Shown here: positions 56,742 to 64,000 of the stretch, piece by piece
Layout of the letters: every line of letters begins with the position of its first letter
Position numbering within the stretch: position 1 is the stretch's first letter
Assembly: GCA_964610045.1 (NCBI GenBank)
Contig: CAZSUN010000006.1
Coordinates: 528 to 64,527 of the forward strand
Origin: an uncultured Sphaerobacteraceae bacterium
GTDB taxonomy: Bacteria > Chloroflexota > Chloroflexia > Thermomicrobiales > UBA6265
Direction: 5' to 3'
Length of the DNA stretch: 64,000 nucleotides
Made by a program: the position numbers and the translations under genes
The notes under the pieces: generated by a model
The model's database searches: none
Told to the model about the DNA's origin: nothing
What the model saw: only the letters and a program-made list of their open reading frames with translations

Positions 56742-58067
56742 TGCAGGTTGCAGATCCTCGATCATGAGTTTGGCCACGTCTTCACCGAGACGCACGCTGT
56801 AGTTCGTCCCGCGGTCTTCGGGATAGATCTGGGTCGTGTTCGCGAGGTACAGGTTGGGAAGTGGAGTGCGAAGTTCCGGCACCTGCTCGGAGTAGCGCAT
56901 CGGGATGATCGGTTGTGCGGCCCGCTCCCGGAAGACCCAGGTGTTCTTCACCCATGAGCGGTCGAAATCCGGGTTGATTCGCTTGAGATGGGGAAGGTAC
57001 TCCTCGATCAGTGCATCGTCGTCGAGCGTGAAAAACGGGTCGTCCACTTCGAGGTACTTGCTCAGGTAGACGAACCGTTTCCCCTCGTAGTGATCGGGTG
57101 AGACAAAGTTCGTGTGCTCGATTACGCCGGTGAACGGCAACGCATCGTCGGCGATGTTGAGCCAGTAGATACCGGTCAATGGTCGATCGAGTTCGAGGAT
57201 CGCAACCACCGCTGCTTCGTAGGTGAGCGCATCGAGTTTGCGGCGATATTCGTCCGGCATCGAAGGAGCGAGGCGCTGGAAGACGTGCGACGGCACCGTG
57301 GCCAGCACGGCGTCGACCTCCACCGATGACTCCTGGCCTTCCTGGTCGATCGACCATCGCCCGCCTGGCAGCGGTGCCAGGCTGCTGGTGCCGTTGCGGA
57401 CGATCTGGACACCCGCTTCCTCGCAGGCAGAGACGAGGGCATCCACCATCACCTGGAAACTCCCGTCGAAGTAGCCCAGCTTCTCCTGATCGAGCGGGGA
57501 CCGGCGGGAAGTCGTGCGCAGCCAGATCTTTCCCCAGAACCACACCATTGGCACCTGGTCGTGGTAGCGGCCGAACTTGGCCCGGAGTTGCGCGCCTAGT
57601 GTCCGGTCGTAGGCTCGCTTGCCAAGCGCGCGGGTCAACCAGTCGTGGGCGGTAACGGTTTCGTACTTCTTCCAGTCCCGCACGCGCTGAAGGTAGGCTG
57701 TGACGATCCCGAGTCGAACCCGGTCCACAAATGGAATGGTTCCCAGCCTCAAGAGATCCAGGGCGCCGTTGAGCGGGTAGATCCTGCCAGCGGAGTAGTA
57801 CCCCACGTTGGATGGCAGCCACATCAAGCGATCGCCGATGCCGACCTCATCCGCCAGCGCGGCGATCGACGTATCGCTCTGGAAGAGATGATGGTAGAAG
57901 ATTTCCAGCCTGGTACCTGCGACCTCGAAGGTCGCAGCCTGCCCGCCGAGCCGGCCCTTTTCCCAGAGCACGACCTCGAAACCGGCCTGGGCGAGCCGCA
58001 GGGCTGCGGTCAGACCGGCAAAGCCACCCCCGATGATGGCGATTCGTTTCGGCGTCGGACGGCTCAT
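56730..58067 (-). CDS. FAD-dependent oxidoreductase (amine oxidase / phytoene desaturase-like)
   Basis: 'RIAIIGGGFAGLTAALRLAQAGFEVVLWEK..LGG' is a Rossmann dinucleotide-binding motif. The protein is about 445 aa. Confidence 0.75.
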   Translation of the reverse strand: MSRPTPKRIAIIGGGFAGLTAALRLAQAGFEVVLWEKGRLGGQAATFEVAGTRLEIFYHHLFQSDTSIAALADEVGIGDRLMWLPSNVGYYSAGRIYPLNGALDLLRLGTIPFVDRVRLGIVTAYLQRVRDWKKYETVTAHDWLTRALGKRAYDRTLGAQLRAKFGRYHDQVPMVWFWGKIWLRTTSRRSPLDQEKLGYFDGSFQVMVDALVSACEEAGVQIVRNGTSSLAPLPGGRWSIDQEGQESSVEVDAVLATVPSHVFQRLAPSMPDEYRRKLDALTYEAAVVAILELDRPLTGIYWLNIADDALPFTGVIEHTNFVSPDHYEGKRFVYLSKYLEVDDPFFTLDDDALIEEYLPHLKRINPDFDRSWVKNTWVFRERAAQPIIPMRYSEQVPELRTPLPNLYLANTTQIYPEDRGTNYSVRLGEDVAKLMIEDLQPASGA

Positions 58068-58095
58068 GACTCGAACCTCGATGATCTGGCGGCAT

Positions 58096-58123
58096 GAAGG
58101 GCGAGCCATCAGGCTCGCCCTTC
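58096..58123. terminator. strong stem-loop between hppA and the oxidoreductase gene
   Basis: Perfect 12-bp inverted repeat GAAGGGCGAGCC-ATCA-GGCTCGCCCTTC. There is no U-tract on either strand. Confidence 0.5.
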
Positions 58124-58147
58124 ATCTGCGAAATCTGGAAACCGTCT

Positions 58148-60352
58148 CTAGACGAAGAGTGGAGAGAGTACCAGGGTGATGGTCGCGAGCAACTTGATCA
58201 GGACGTGGAGGGACGGGCCCGCTGTGTCCTTCCAGGGATCGCCGACCGTGTCACCGACCACAGCCGCTGAATGGGCGTCGGATCCCTTGCCGAGGACGTT
58301 GCCATCGGCGTCTTTCAGATGCCCCGCCTCGATGTACTTCTTGGCATTGTCCCAGGCGCCACCGCCATTATTGAGCACGATGGCCATCAGCACGCCGGTA
58401 ATCGTCCCGACCATCAGCATGCCAGCCGCGGCTTCCCACTTGAGGATGACGCCAACCAGGATCGGGACAACGACCGCCAGCGCACCAGGCAGGATCATCT
58501 CCCGCAGCGCGCTGCGGACCGAGATGTCGACGCAGCGGCGGTAGTCAGGAATGCTGGTGCCCGCCATGATGCCGGGATCGGCCCGGAATTGCCGGCGCAC
58601 CTCGTCGATCATGGCTCCCGCTGCCCGGCCAACCGCCCGGATCGCGAAGGAGGAGAACACGAAGACCAGTGTCGCGCCGAGCAGACCACCGACGAATACC
58701 TTGGGCTCAGCAAGGTTGACGACCCGGACGATCGTCTCTTCGCTGAACCGGGCCACCTCGTCAAGGAATGCCGAGAAGAGGAGGAACGCCGCCAGCGACG
58801 CGGTACCGACCGCGTAGCCCTTGGTCAGCGCCTTGGTGGTGTTGCCAACGGAATCGAGCTCGTCGGTGACGTCGCGGATTTCTTCCGGCGCATTGCTCAT
58901 TTCGACGATGCCGCCGGCGTTGTCCGTGATCGGGCCGAACGTGTCCATCGCCAGGATGTAGGCCGCGGTCATGAGCATGCCCATGGTTGCCACGGCGGTG
59001 CCGAAGATACCCGCAGAGACGGCGGGATCGACCAGGACGAACGCATCCGGGTTGAGCGCGATGTCCTTGAAGGCATCGACCTGCTGTCCGAGCCAGTACG
59101 ACGACAGGAGCGCGATGCTGATCGTGATGGCCGGAAGTCCGGTCGTCTCGAAACCAACCGAGATGCCGGAAATGATGTTGGTTGCGGGTCCGGTCTTCGA
59201 CGCCTCGGCGATTTCCTTGACGGGACGCCAGGAGCCGGCGGTGTAGTACTGCGTGATGTATACGAAGGCGAACGACGTCAGGATACCAACGACGCCGCAC
59301 AAGGCGAACTGCCACTGGCCTTCCGGCAGCATGATGAAACAGATGAGCCCGAGGAAGACCAACGAGAGCCCGGCCGTGACGTAGAAACCCTTGTTGAGTT
59401 CGCCCATCGGGTCCTTGACGTAATTGGCCGGCCGCACGAACCAGACACCCACCATCGACGACAGGAGACCGAATGCGCCGACGACGAGCGGGAAGAAAAT
59501 CCAGGCGATATCCCGGGACTCTGGATCACCACCCGACGCATGGAAGAGCGCGACTCCGAGGATCATCGCACCGATGATTTCGGCGGTGGACGACTCGAAA
59601 ATGTCGGCCCCGCGCCCGGCGCAGTCGCCAACGTTGTCTCCAACGAGATCGGCGATCACGGCGGGATTGCGAGGGTCGTCTTCCGGGATTCCGGCTTCGA
59701 CCTTGCCGACGAGGTCCGCCCCGACATCCGCCGCCTTGGTGTAGATACCGCCACCGAGTTGCGCGAAGAGGGCGACGAAACTGGCGCCAAAGGCGAATCC
59801 GACGATCCAGAATGGTGTTTCGGCCACCGTCGCCATTTCGCCATCAGCGAATTGGTAGACGATGCCGTACACCGTCAGGACGCCGAGAAGTCCAAGAGCC
59901 ATCACCAGGAACCCGGATACCGCGCCGCCACGGAGGGCGACCGTCAGCGCTGGGCCAATCCCGACCTTCGCTGCGGCAGCCGTGCGGATGTTGCTGCGCA
60001 CGGCAACGTACATCCCGATAAAGCCGGCCAATCCCGAGAGCAGCGCACCGGCAAGGAACGAAAGGGCGGTGATGACGCCCCGCTCCATCTGGTGACTCTT
60101 CTCGAAGAGTCCAACCAACGTCCCCATCACCACCGACACGACGATCGCCAGGGCGAAAATCGTGCGGTACTGGCGATTGAGGTAGGCAATCGCTCCCTCG
60201 AAGATGCGGCCCGCAATATCCTGCATCTCCTGGGTACCCTGGTCGCGCGCGAGCACGTCCTTCGCCAGGTAGGCAGCAAAACCAACTGCAAGCAGGCCGA
60301 AAACCACGACCGGCAATGCATACAGGAACATTTCCAACGCTCGATCCCCCAT
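58148..60352 (-). CDS. hppA: K+-insensitive H+-translocating membrane pyrophosphatase
   Basis: 734 aa and polytopic. 'DNVGDCAGRGADIFES' and 'GDTVGDPWKDTAGPSL' are present. 'GNTTKA' carries the Lys that marks K+-independent type II enzymes. Confidence 0.95.
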   Translation of the reverse strand: MGDRALEMFLYALPVVVFGLLAVGFAAYLAKDVLARDQGTQEMQDIAGRIFEGAIAYLNRQYRTIFALAIVVSVVMGTLVGLFEKSHQMERGVITALSFLAGALLSGLAGFIGMYVAVRSNIRTAAAAKVGIGPALTVALRGGAVSGFLVMALGLLGVLTVYGIVYQFADGEMATVAETPFWIVGFAFGASFVALFAQLGGGIYTKAADVGADLVGKVEAGIPEDDPRNPAVIADLVGDNVGDCAGRGADIFESSTAEIIGAMILGVALFHASGGDPESRDIAWIFFPLVVGAFGLLSSMVGVWFVRPANYVKDPMGELNKGFYVTAGLSLVFLGLICFIMLPEGQWQFALCGVVGILTSFAFVYITQYYTAGSWRPVKEIAEASKTGPATNIISGISVGFETTGLPAITISIALLSSYWLGQQVDAFKDIALNPDAFVLVDPAVSAGIFGTAVATMGMLMTAAYILAMDTFGPITDNAGGIVEMSNAPEEIRDVTDELDSVGNTTKALTKGYAVGTASLAAFLLFSAFLDEVARFSEETIVRVVNLAEPKVFVGGLLGATLVFVFSSFAIRAVGRAAGAMIDEVRRQFRADPGIMAGTSIPDYRRCVDISVRSALREMILPGALAVVVPILVGVILKWEAAAGMLMVGTITGVLMAIVLNNGGGAWDNAKKYIEAGHLKDADGNVLGKGSDAHSAAVVGDTVGDPWKDTAGPSLHVLIKLLATITLVLSPLFV

Positions 60353-60536
60353 CCACCGATGTGGAGTAACCCTACGTGCAGTACCTGTTGAAAGAGCAAC
60401 AGGCTCCTCGGGAATCAGAAAGAATCGCGGTCAGCTGGGAAACGCACACCCACCTGCTCGCGATGCGTAATCCTACCATGTGGTTCATTCCAGGGAACCA
60501 TGCGGTCGTGGGAGTCCAGTCCACCCCTGGTCGCGT

Positions 60537-61496
60537 TCACGACTGGCCGGACGGTTCTGGCGACGGTGACCGGCCAAGGTGGATGATGCGCTGGAAAACT
60601 CCCTGGATTTCGCCCTTTTCCCACGAAATCAGCAACTGGCTGGCGTTGAAAATGGAGGAGTATGTGCCAGCAACAACACCGACGAGGAGCGCAAGCACGA
60701 ATTCCCGCGTTGTCGAACCGCCGAACAGGAGGAGCGCGAGCAGGGTGAGGACGACCGTCACCGATGTGTTCAGAGACCGCACGATCGTTTGCGCGATCGA
60801 GTAATTCACCACCTCTTCGAAGTCACCGATGCTCTGGTTGCGCAGGTTTTCCCGGATGCGGTCGAACACGACGATGGTGTCGTGGACGGAAAAGCCGATG
60901 ACTGTGAGCAATGCCGTGATGAAGAGGGCATCGACCTCCACGTCCGCAAAGTGACCCAGGATCGCGAACAGGCCCAGCACGAGCAGCGCGTCGTGCAGCA
61001 TCGCCACGATCGCGCACACCCCGTACAGGATCGGGTTCTGGGTATTCCGGAAAGCCCAGGCGATATAGAGCAGGATGCCGATGGCCGCCGCGCCGACCGC
61101 CAGTACCGACCGGTTGCGGATCGAGTTGCCGATGGATGCGCCAACCGTTTCCAGCGACTCACCGCCCGGCACAAGTTCGCCGAGCGATCCCAGTGCGGTT
61201 GTGAGCTGCTGCTTCTCATCCGATCCCTGGGCCAGTTCCTTCATCCGGATCAGGTAGCGGTGCTCGTCTCCACTGCCAACCTGCTGGACGGTCGCCTCGG
61301 TTCGCCCGTTCTCGGCCAGCACTCTGGTGATGTCTTCGGTGTTGACATCGGTCGTGTACTGAATCTCCCAGGCCGAACCGCCGGTGAAATCGATGCCGAA
61401 CTGGAGGCCCCAGACGATCAGGGCGAAGATGCTCGGTACGAGCAACAAACCCGAGATCGCGTACCAGAGGTTTCGTTTGCCTGCAAGGTGTTCCAT
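60537..61496 (-). CDS. secF: protein translocase subunit SecF
   Basis: 'GIDFTGG', 'LLYIAWAFR' and 'VHDTIVVFDRIREN'. Confidence 0.9.
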   Translation of the reverse strand: MEHLAGKRNLWYAISGLLLVPSIFALIVWGLQFGIDFTGGSAWEIQYTTDVNTEDITRVLAENGRTEATVQQVGSGDEHRYLIRMKELAQGSDEKQQLTTALGSLGELVPGGESLETVGASIGNSIRNRSVLAVGAAAIGILLYIAWAFRNTQNPILYGVCAIVAMLHDALLVLGLFAILGHFADVEVDALFITALLTVIGFSVHDTIVVFDRIRENLRNQSIGDFEEVVNYSIAQTIVRSLNTSVTVVLTLLALLLFGGSTTREFVLALLVGVVAGTYSSIFNASQLLISWEKGEIQGVFQRIIHLGRSPSPEPSGQS

Positions 61497-61523
61497 GAGG
61501 TTCAGGCTCCTGTGACCGGTCGG

Positions 61524-62948
61524 CTACCGAGCCTGGCCAGTGTTCGCGGCAACGATCTCGAGATCCTGGCGTCCGAGACCAAGCAGCCAACCACTCTTGA
61601 TTGCCCCAAGGTCGACCAACGCCCGCAGGAGCGTCCTCGTCACGGTGATGGCGGAGAACATGCTGACGGCGACACCGACGAAGAGGGTGAGGGCGAACCC
61701 GGTGATGATCGAAGCGCCGGTGTAGTTCCCGAACCAGTAGAGGATGAAGCAGGTGATCATGGTTGAGATGTTGGAGTCGCGAATGGATGGCCAGGCGTGG
61801 TCGAATCCTGCCTCGATGCTGCGCGAGAGACCCCGGCCGTTCCGCAACTCCTCTTTCATACGGGAGAAAATGAGGACATTGGCGTCCACTGCCATACCGA
61901 TCGAGAGGATGAATCCTGCGATACCGGGAAGTGTCAGCGTGACCGGTATCAGCTTGAACAACGCCAGCGTGATGAGGGTATAGATCATGAGGGCGATCAC
62001 CGACAGCACACCCGGCAACCGGTAGTAGATGATCATGAACAAGGCAACCATCGAGAGACCCACGATACCGGCGATCAGGCTGCGATCGAGTGAGTCGGAC
62101 CCAAGCGATGGTCCCACTGTCCGGCTGGAGACCACCACGAGCGGTACGCCGAGCGAACCGGCTTTGAGCTGGGTTGCGAGGTTCTGGGCTTCGGTCGCCG
62201 TCATGCCGTCAATGGTGCCGGTGCCGGAAATGGTATTCCGGATCGAGGGTGAGGAGATGACGGTCTTGTCGACAACGATGGACATCGGTTGTCCGATATT
62301 GTCCCGCGTGAAGTTGTAAAACGTCTCTGTCGCCGAATCGGAGAGTTCGAACACGACGAGCGGCTGTCCGGTCTGTGGATCGCGGCCGACGTAGGCATCG
62401 GTGATGTCGCTGCCGCTGATGATGGTCTGGTACACGGGACTGTTGGGGTCGGGAGTTGGTTGGGTCGGCTCGGCAGCTGCGCCGGGGGTTGCTGCGGTGG
62501 GAGAGCCGTCTGCGTCGACCGTCCCCAGTGAAGTGTTGACGACAGTGCCGGTAGTCAGAGAGACACCGTTGGTGTCGATGATCTCAAGCAGCGCTGTTTC
62601 CTTCAGGACCTCAATGGCCTGGTCCGGATCGTCGATTCCCGGCAACTCGACCACGATCTGGTCGTTCCCGCGTGTCTGGATCAGTGGCTCACTGACACCC
62701 AGTCCATTGACGCGCCGCTCGATCGTATCCCTGGTCCCTTCCAGGGTCGCACTGTCCACCGATCCACCGCCGGGAGGACGAGCCTCGAGCGTCACCTGGA
62801 GGCCGCCCTGGAGATCCAGTCCTTGCCGGATCGGGTGATCGGATTTGTAGCCGCCGAAGTCAAGCGTCGTGGACGGTATGGCAATCCAGCCTGCAACGAT
62901 CGTGATGATGGCGATGAGCACAAGCATGCGCAAGGTGGAACGACGCAC
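61524..62948 (-). CDS. secD: protein translocase subunit SecD
   Basis: 'QGLDLQGG', 'GIAGFILSIGMAVDANVLIFSRMKEE' and a large periplasmic domain. Confidence 0.9.
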   Translation of the reverse strand: MRRSTLRMLVLIAIITIVAGWIAIPSTTLDFGGYKSDHPIRQGLDLQGGLQVTLEARPPGGGSVDSATLEGTRDTIERRVNGLGVSEPLIQTRGNDQIVVELPGIDDPDQAIEVLKETALLEIIDTNGVSLTTGTVVNTSLGTVDADGSPTAATPGAAAEPTQPTPDPNSPVYQTIISGSDITDAYVGRDPQTGQPLVVFELSDSATETFYNFTRDNIGQPMSIVVDKTVISSPSIRNTISGTGTIDGMTATEAQNLATQLKAGSLGVPLVVVSSRTVGPSLGSDSLDRSLIAGIVGLSMVALFMIIYYRLPGVLSVIALMIYTLITLALFKLIPVTLTLPGIAGFILSIGMAVDANVLIFSRMKEELRNGRGLSRSIEAGFDHAWPSIRDSNISTMITCFILYWFGNYTGASIITGFALTLFVGVAVSMFSAITVTRTLLRALVDLGAIKSGWLLGLGRQDLEIVAANTGQAR

Positions 62949-63071
62949 TGGTCAACTCCGGAAACTGTCGAGCATGGGGTACGGAGTCCAGCGTAACCCG
63001 ACCTCGGGTCAGGCGCCAGTGGACAATGGACGTCCGCAGGGTTTGGCCCGCGCATACTCTATCACGACCGT

Positions 63072-63752
63072 TCATCCCGCACCGGTGATGCGCGGGCAGG
63101 CTGCATCACCCTGACCCGCCTGGTAGTAGCCGGATTCGATGATCTTGCGACGAACGGCCTCCGGCACCAGGTACCGGATCGACCTGCCGGCGGCGACCCG
63201 ATGCCGGATTTCCGTCGATGAAACGGCGCTCAGTGGTGCGTCGATCACATCCAGGCGCTCGCGCAAGCCTGGAACCCGGTCAACTGCTGGCCCATCGATC
63301 GGTACTCCGGGTCGGGGCACCGCCACGATTCTCGCGAGATCCAGGATTCGGTCCGGTCGAGACCAGGAATGAAAATCCGAGAGCGAATCAGCGCCAAGGA
63401 CGAAGTGGAACGCCGCATTGGGCCACTCGTCGTGACACCGTTCGAGCAGGCGCCACGTATACGATGGACCCGGGCCATCGAGATCGATGCGGGTGGTCTG
63501 GAATCCAGGACGATCGGCGATTGCCTGTTCGACGAGATCCAACCGGTACTCACCATCAATCAGACCCTCGTCAGGCTTGTGAGGCGGATCACCCGCCGGT
63601 GCGAACAGCACCAGACCGAGGTCCAGTTGCTCGGCAGCGTTTTCCGCCATCAGGAGGTGCCCGTAGTGGATCGGGTTGAATGTCCCTCCAAGGACCCCAA
63701 TCCGCCGCGTGCCTGCATTCCCATTCGCATTTGCCAGGACAGTGCCAGTCAA
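63072..63752 (-). CDS. nadD: nicotinate-nucleotide adenylyltransferase
   Basis: 'IGVLGGTFNPIHYGHL' and 'ISSTEIR'. The only start upstream of the motif is TTG 63752. Confidence 0.85.
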   Translation of the reverse strand: MTGTVLANANGNAGTRRIGVLGGTFNPIHYGHLLMAENAAEQLDLGLVLFAPAGDPPHKPDEGLIDGEYRLDLVEQAIADRPGFQTTRIDLDGPGPSYTWRLLERCHDEWPNAAFHFVLGADSLSDFHSWSRPDRILDLARIVAVPRPGVPIDGPAVDRVPGLRERLDVIDAPLSAVSSTEIRHRVAAGRSIRYLVPEAVRRKIIESGYYQAGQGDAACPRITGAG

Positions 63753-63850
63753 TTGAGGACGCCGTCTGGACGAAAGCCGGTATCATGGCTGCTGGCGCCT
63801 CTCTTGAGTACGCCTGCGCCAACCGGTTGATTGAAGGCAAGCTGCGAGTC

Positions 63851-64000
63851 ATGTTCGACTACCACGTCCACACCATTCGCTCCGCCGACTGTGAGACGCC
63901 AATCCTCGCTTCCTGCGAGGCGGCGGTCCGCGCCGGTATCACCGAGATCGCCTTTACCGATCATGTCGAATACGAGCCATCCGACATGTGTTATGGCTTC
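63851..64000 (+). CDS. PHP-domain (histidinol-phosphatase family) protein, N-terminal part; 3' end outside window
   Basis: Translation from ATG 63851 gives 'MFDYHVHTIRSADC..AGITEIAFTDHVEYEP', a PHP motif. The ORF is open to the window end and is absent from the supplied track. Confidence 0.6.
   Translation, partial: MFDYHVHTIRSADCETPILASCEAAVRAGITEIAFTDHVEYEPSDMCYGF

Noticed and set aside
1-64000. Search for CRISPR arrays, IS elements or transposases, integrases, prophage genes, tRNA or rRNA genes.
   Set aside because: I noticed no direct-repeat/spacer arrays, no transposase- or integrase-like translations, and no tRNA-like T-arm/acceptor pattern. 'GGTTCGA'-like strings at 16184 and 39853 lack any cloverleaf context.

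Overview
High-GC (about 63-65% by eye), gene-dense bacterial chromosome segment. I found no rRNA, tRNA, CRISPR array or mobile element. All family assignments come from motifs I read in the translations; no database search was run. The gene content (T-box leaders, many twin-arginine signal peptides, a sortase, PPi-dependent PFK plus a membrane H+-PPase) suggests a monoderm high-GC lineage such as Chloroflexota/Thermomicrobia, but that is a guess. Housekeeping content: partial ppk2, SulP permease, cardiolipin synthase-like PLD, HD dNTPase-like protein, proline dehydrogenase, aspS, a LacI-regulated sugar ABC importer, PadR plus a CNNM/CorC transporter, PPi-PFK, trpEGDCF, ychF, ileS, PAP2, holB, an orphan molybdopterin oxidoreductase subunit, recN, ybaB, MFS, pyrB, hppA, secDF and nadD. 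Two canonical T-box riboswitches are readable directly: an Asp (GAC) specifier before aspS and a Trp (UGG) specifier before trpE. Both are swallowed by over-long ORFs in the supplied track. The most interesting locus is 11.8-22.1 kb. It is a same-strand seven-gene block encoding a 1078-aa secreted protein made of seven roughly 100-130-aa four-cysteine modules and ending in an LPVTG sorting signal. This is followed by a sortase with a Tat-type N-terminus and a C-terminal SH3b-like domain, two tandem paralogous substrate-binding proteins, two FecCD-type permeases, and an ATPase that is a fusion of two complete ABC cassettes. I propose it as a candidate undescribed sortase-dependent surface capture and uptake system of the siderophore/haem/B12 importer class. 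A second poorly characterised cluster lies at 8.6-11.7 kb: a LuxR-type HTH, DUF1232, an Arg-rich four-Cys protein that overlaps its neighbour, a hypothetical protein and a CYTH protein. Many long antisense shadow ORFs in the track were rejected.
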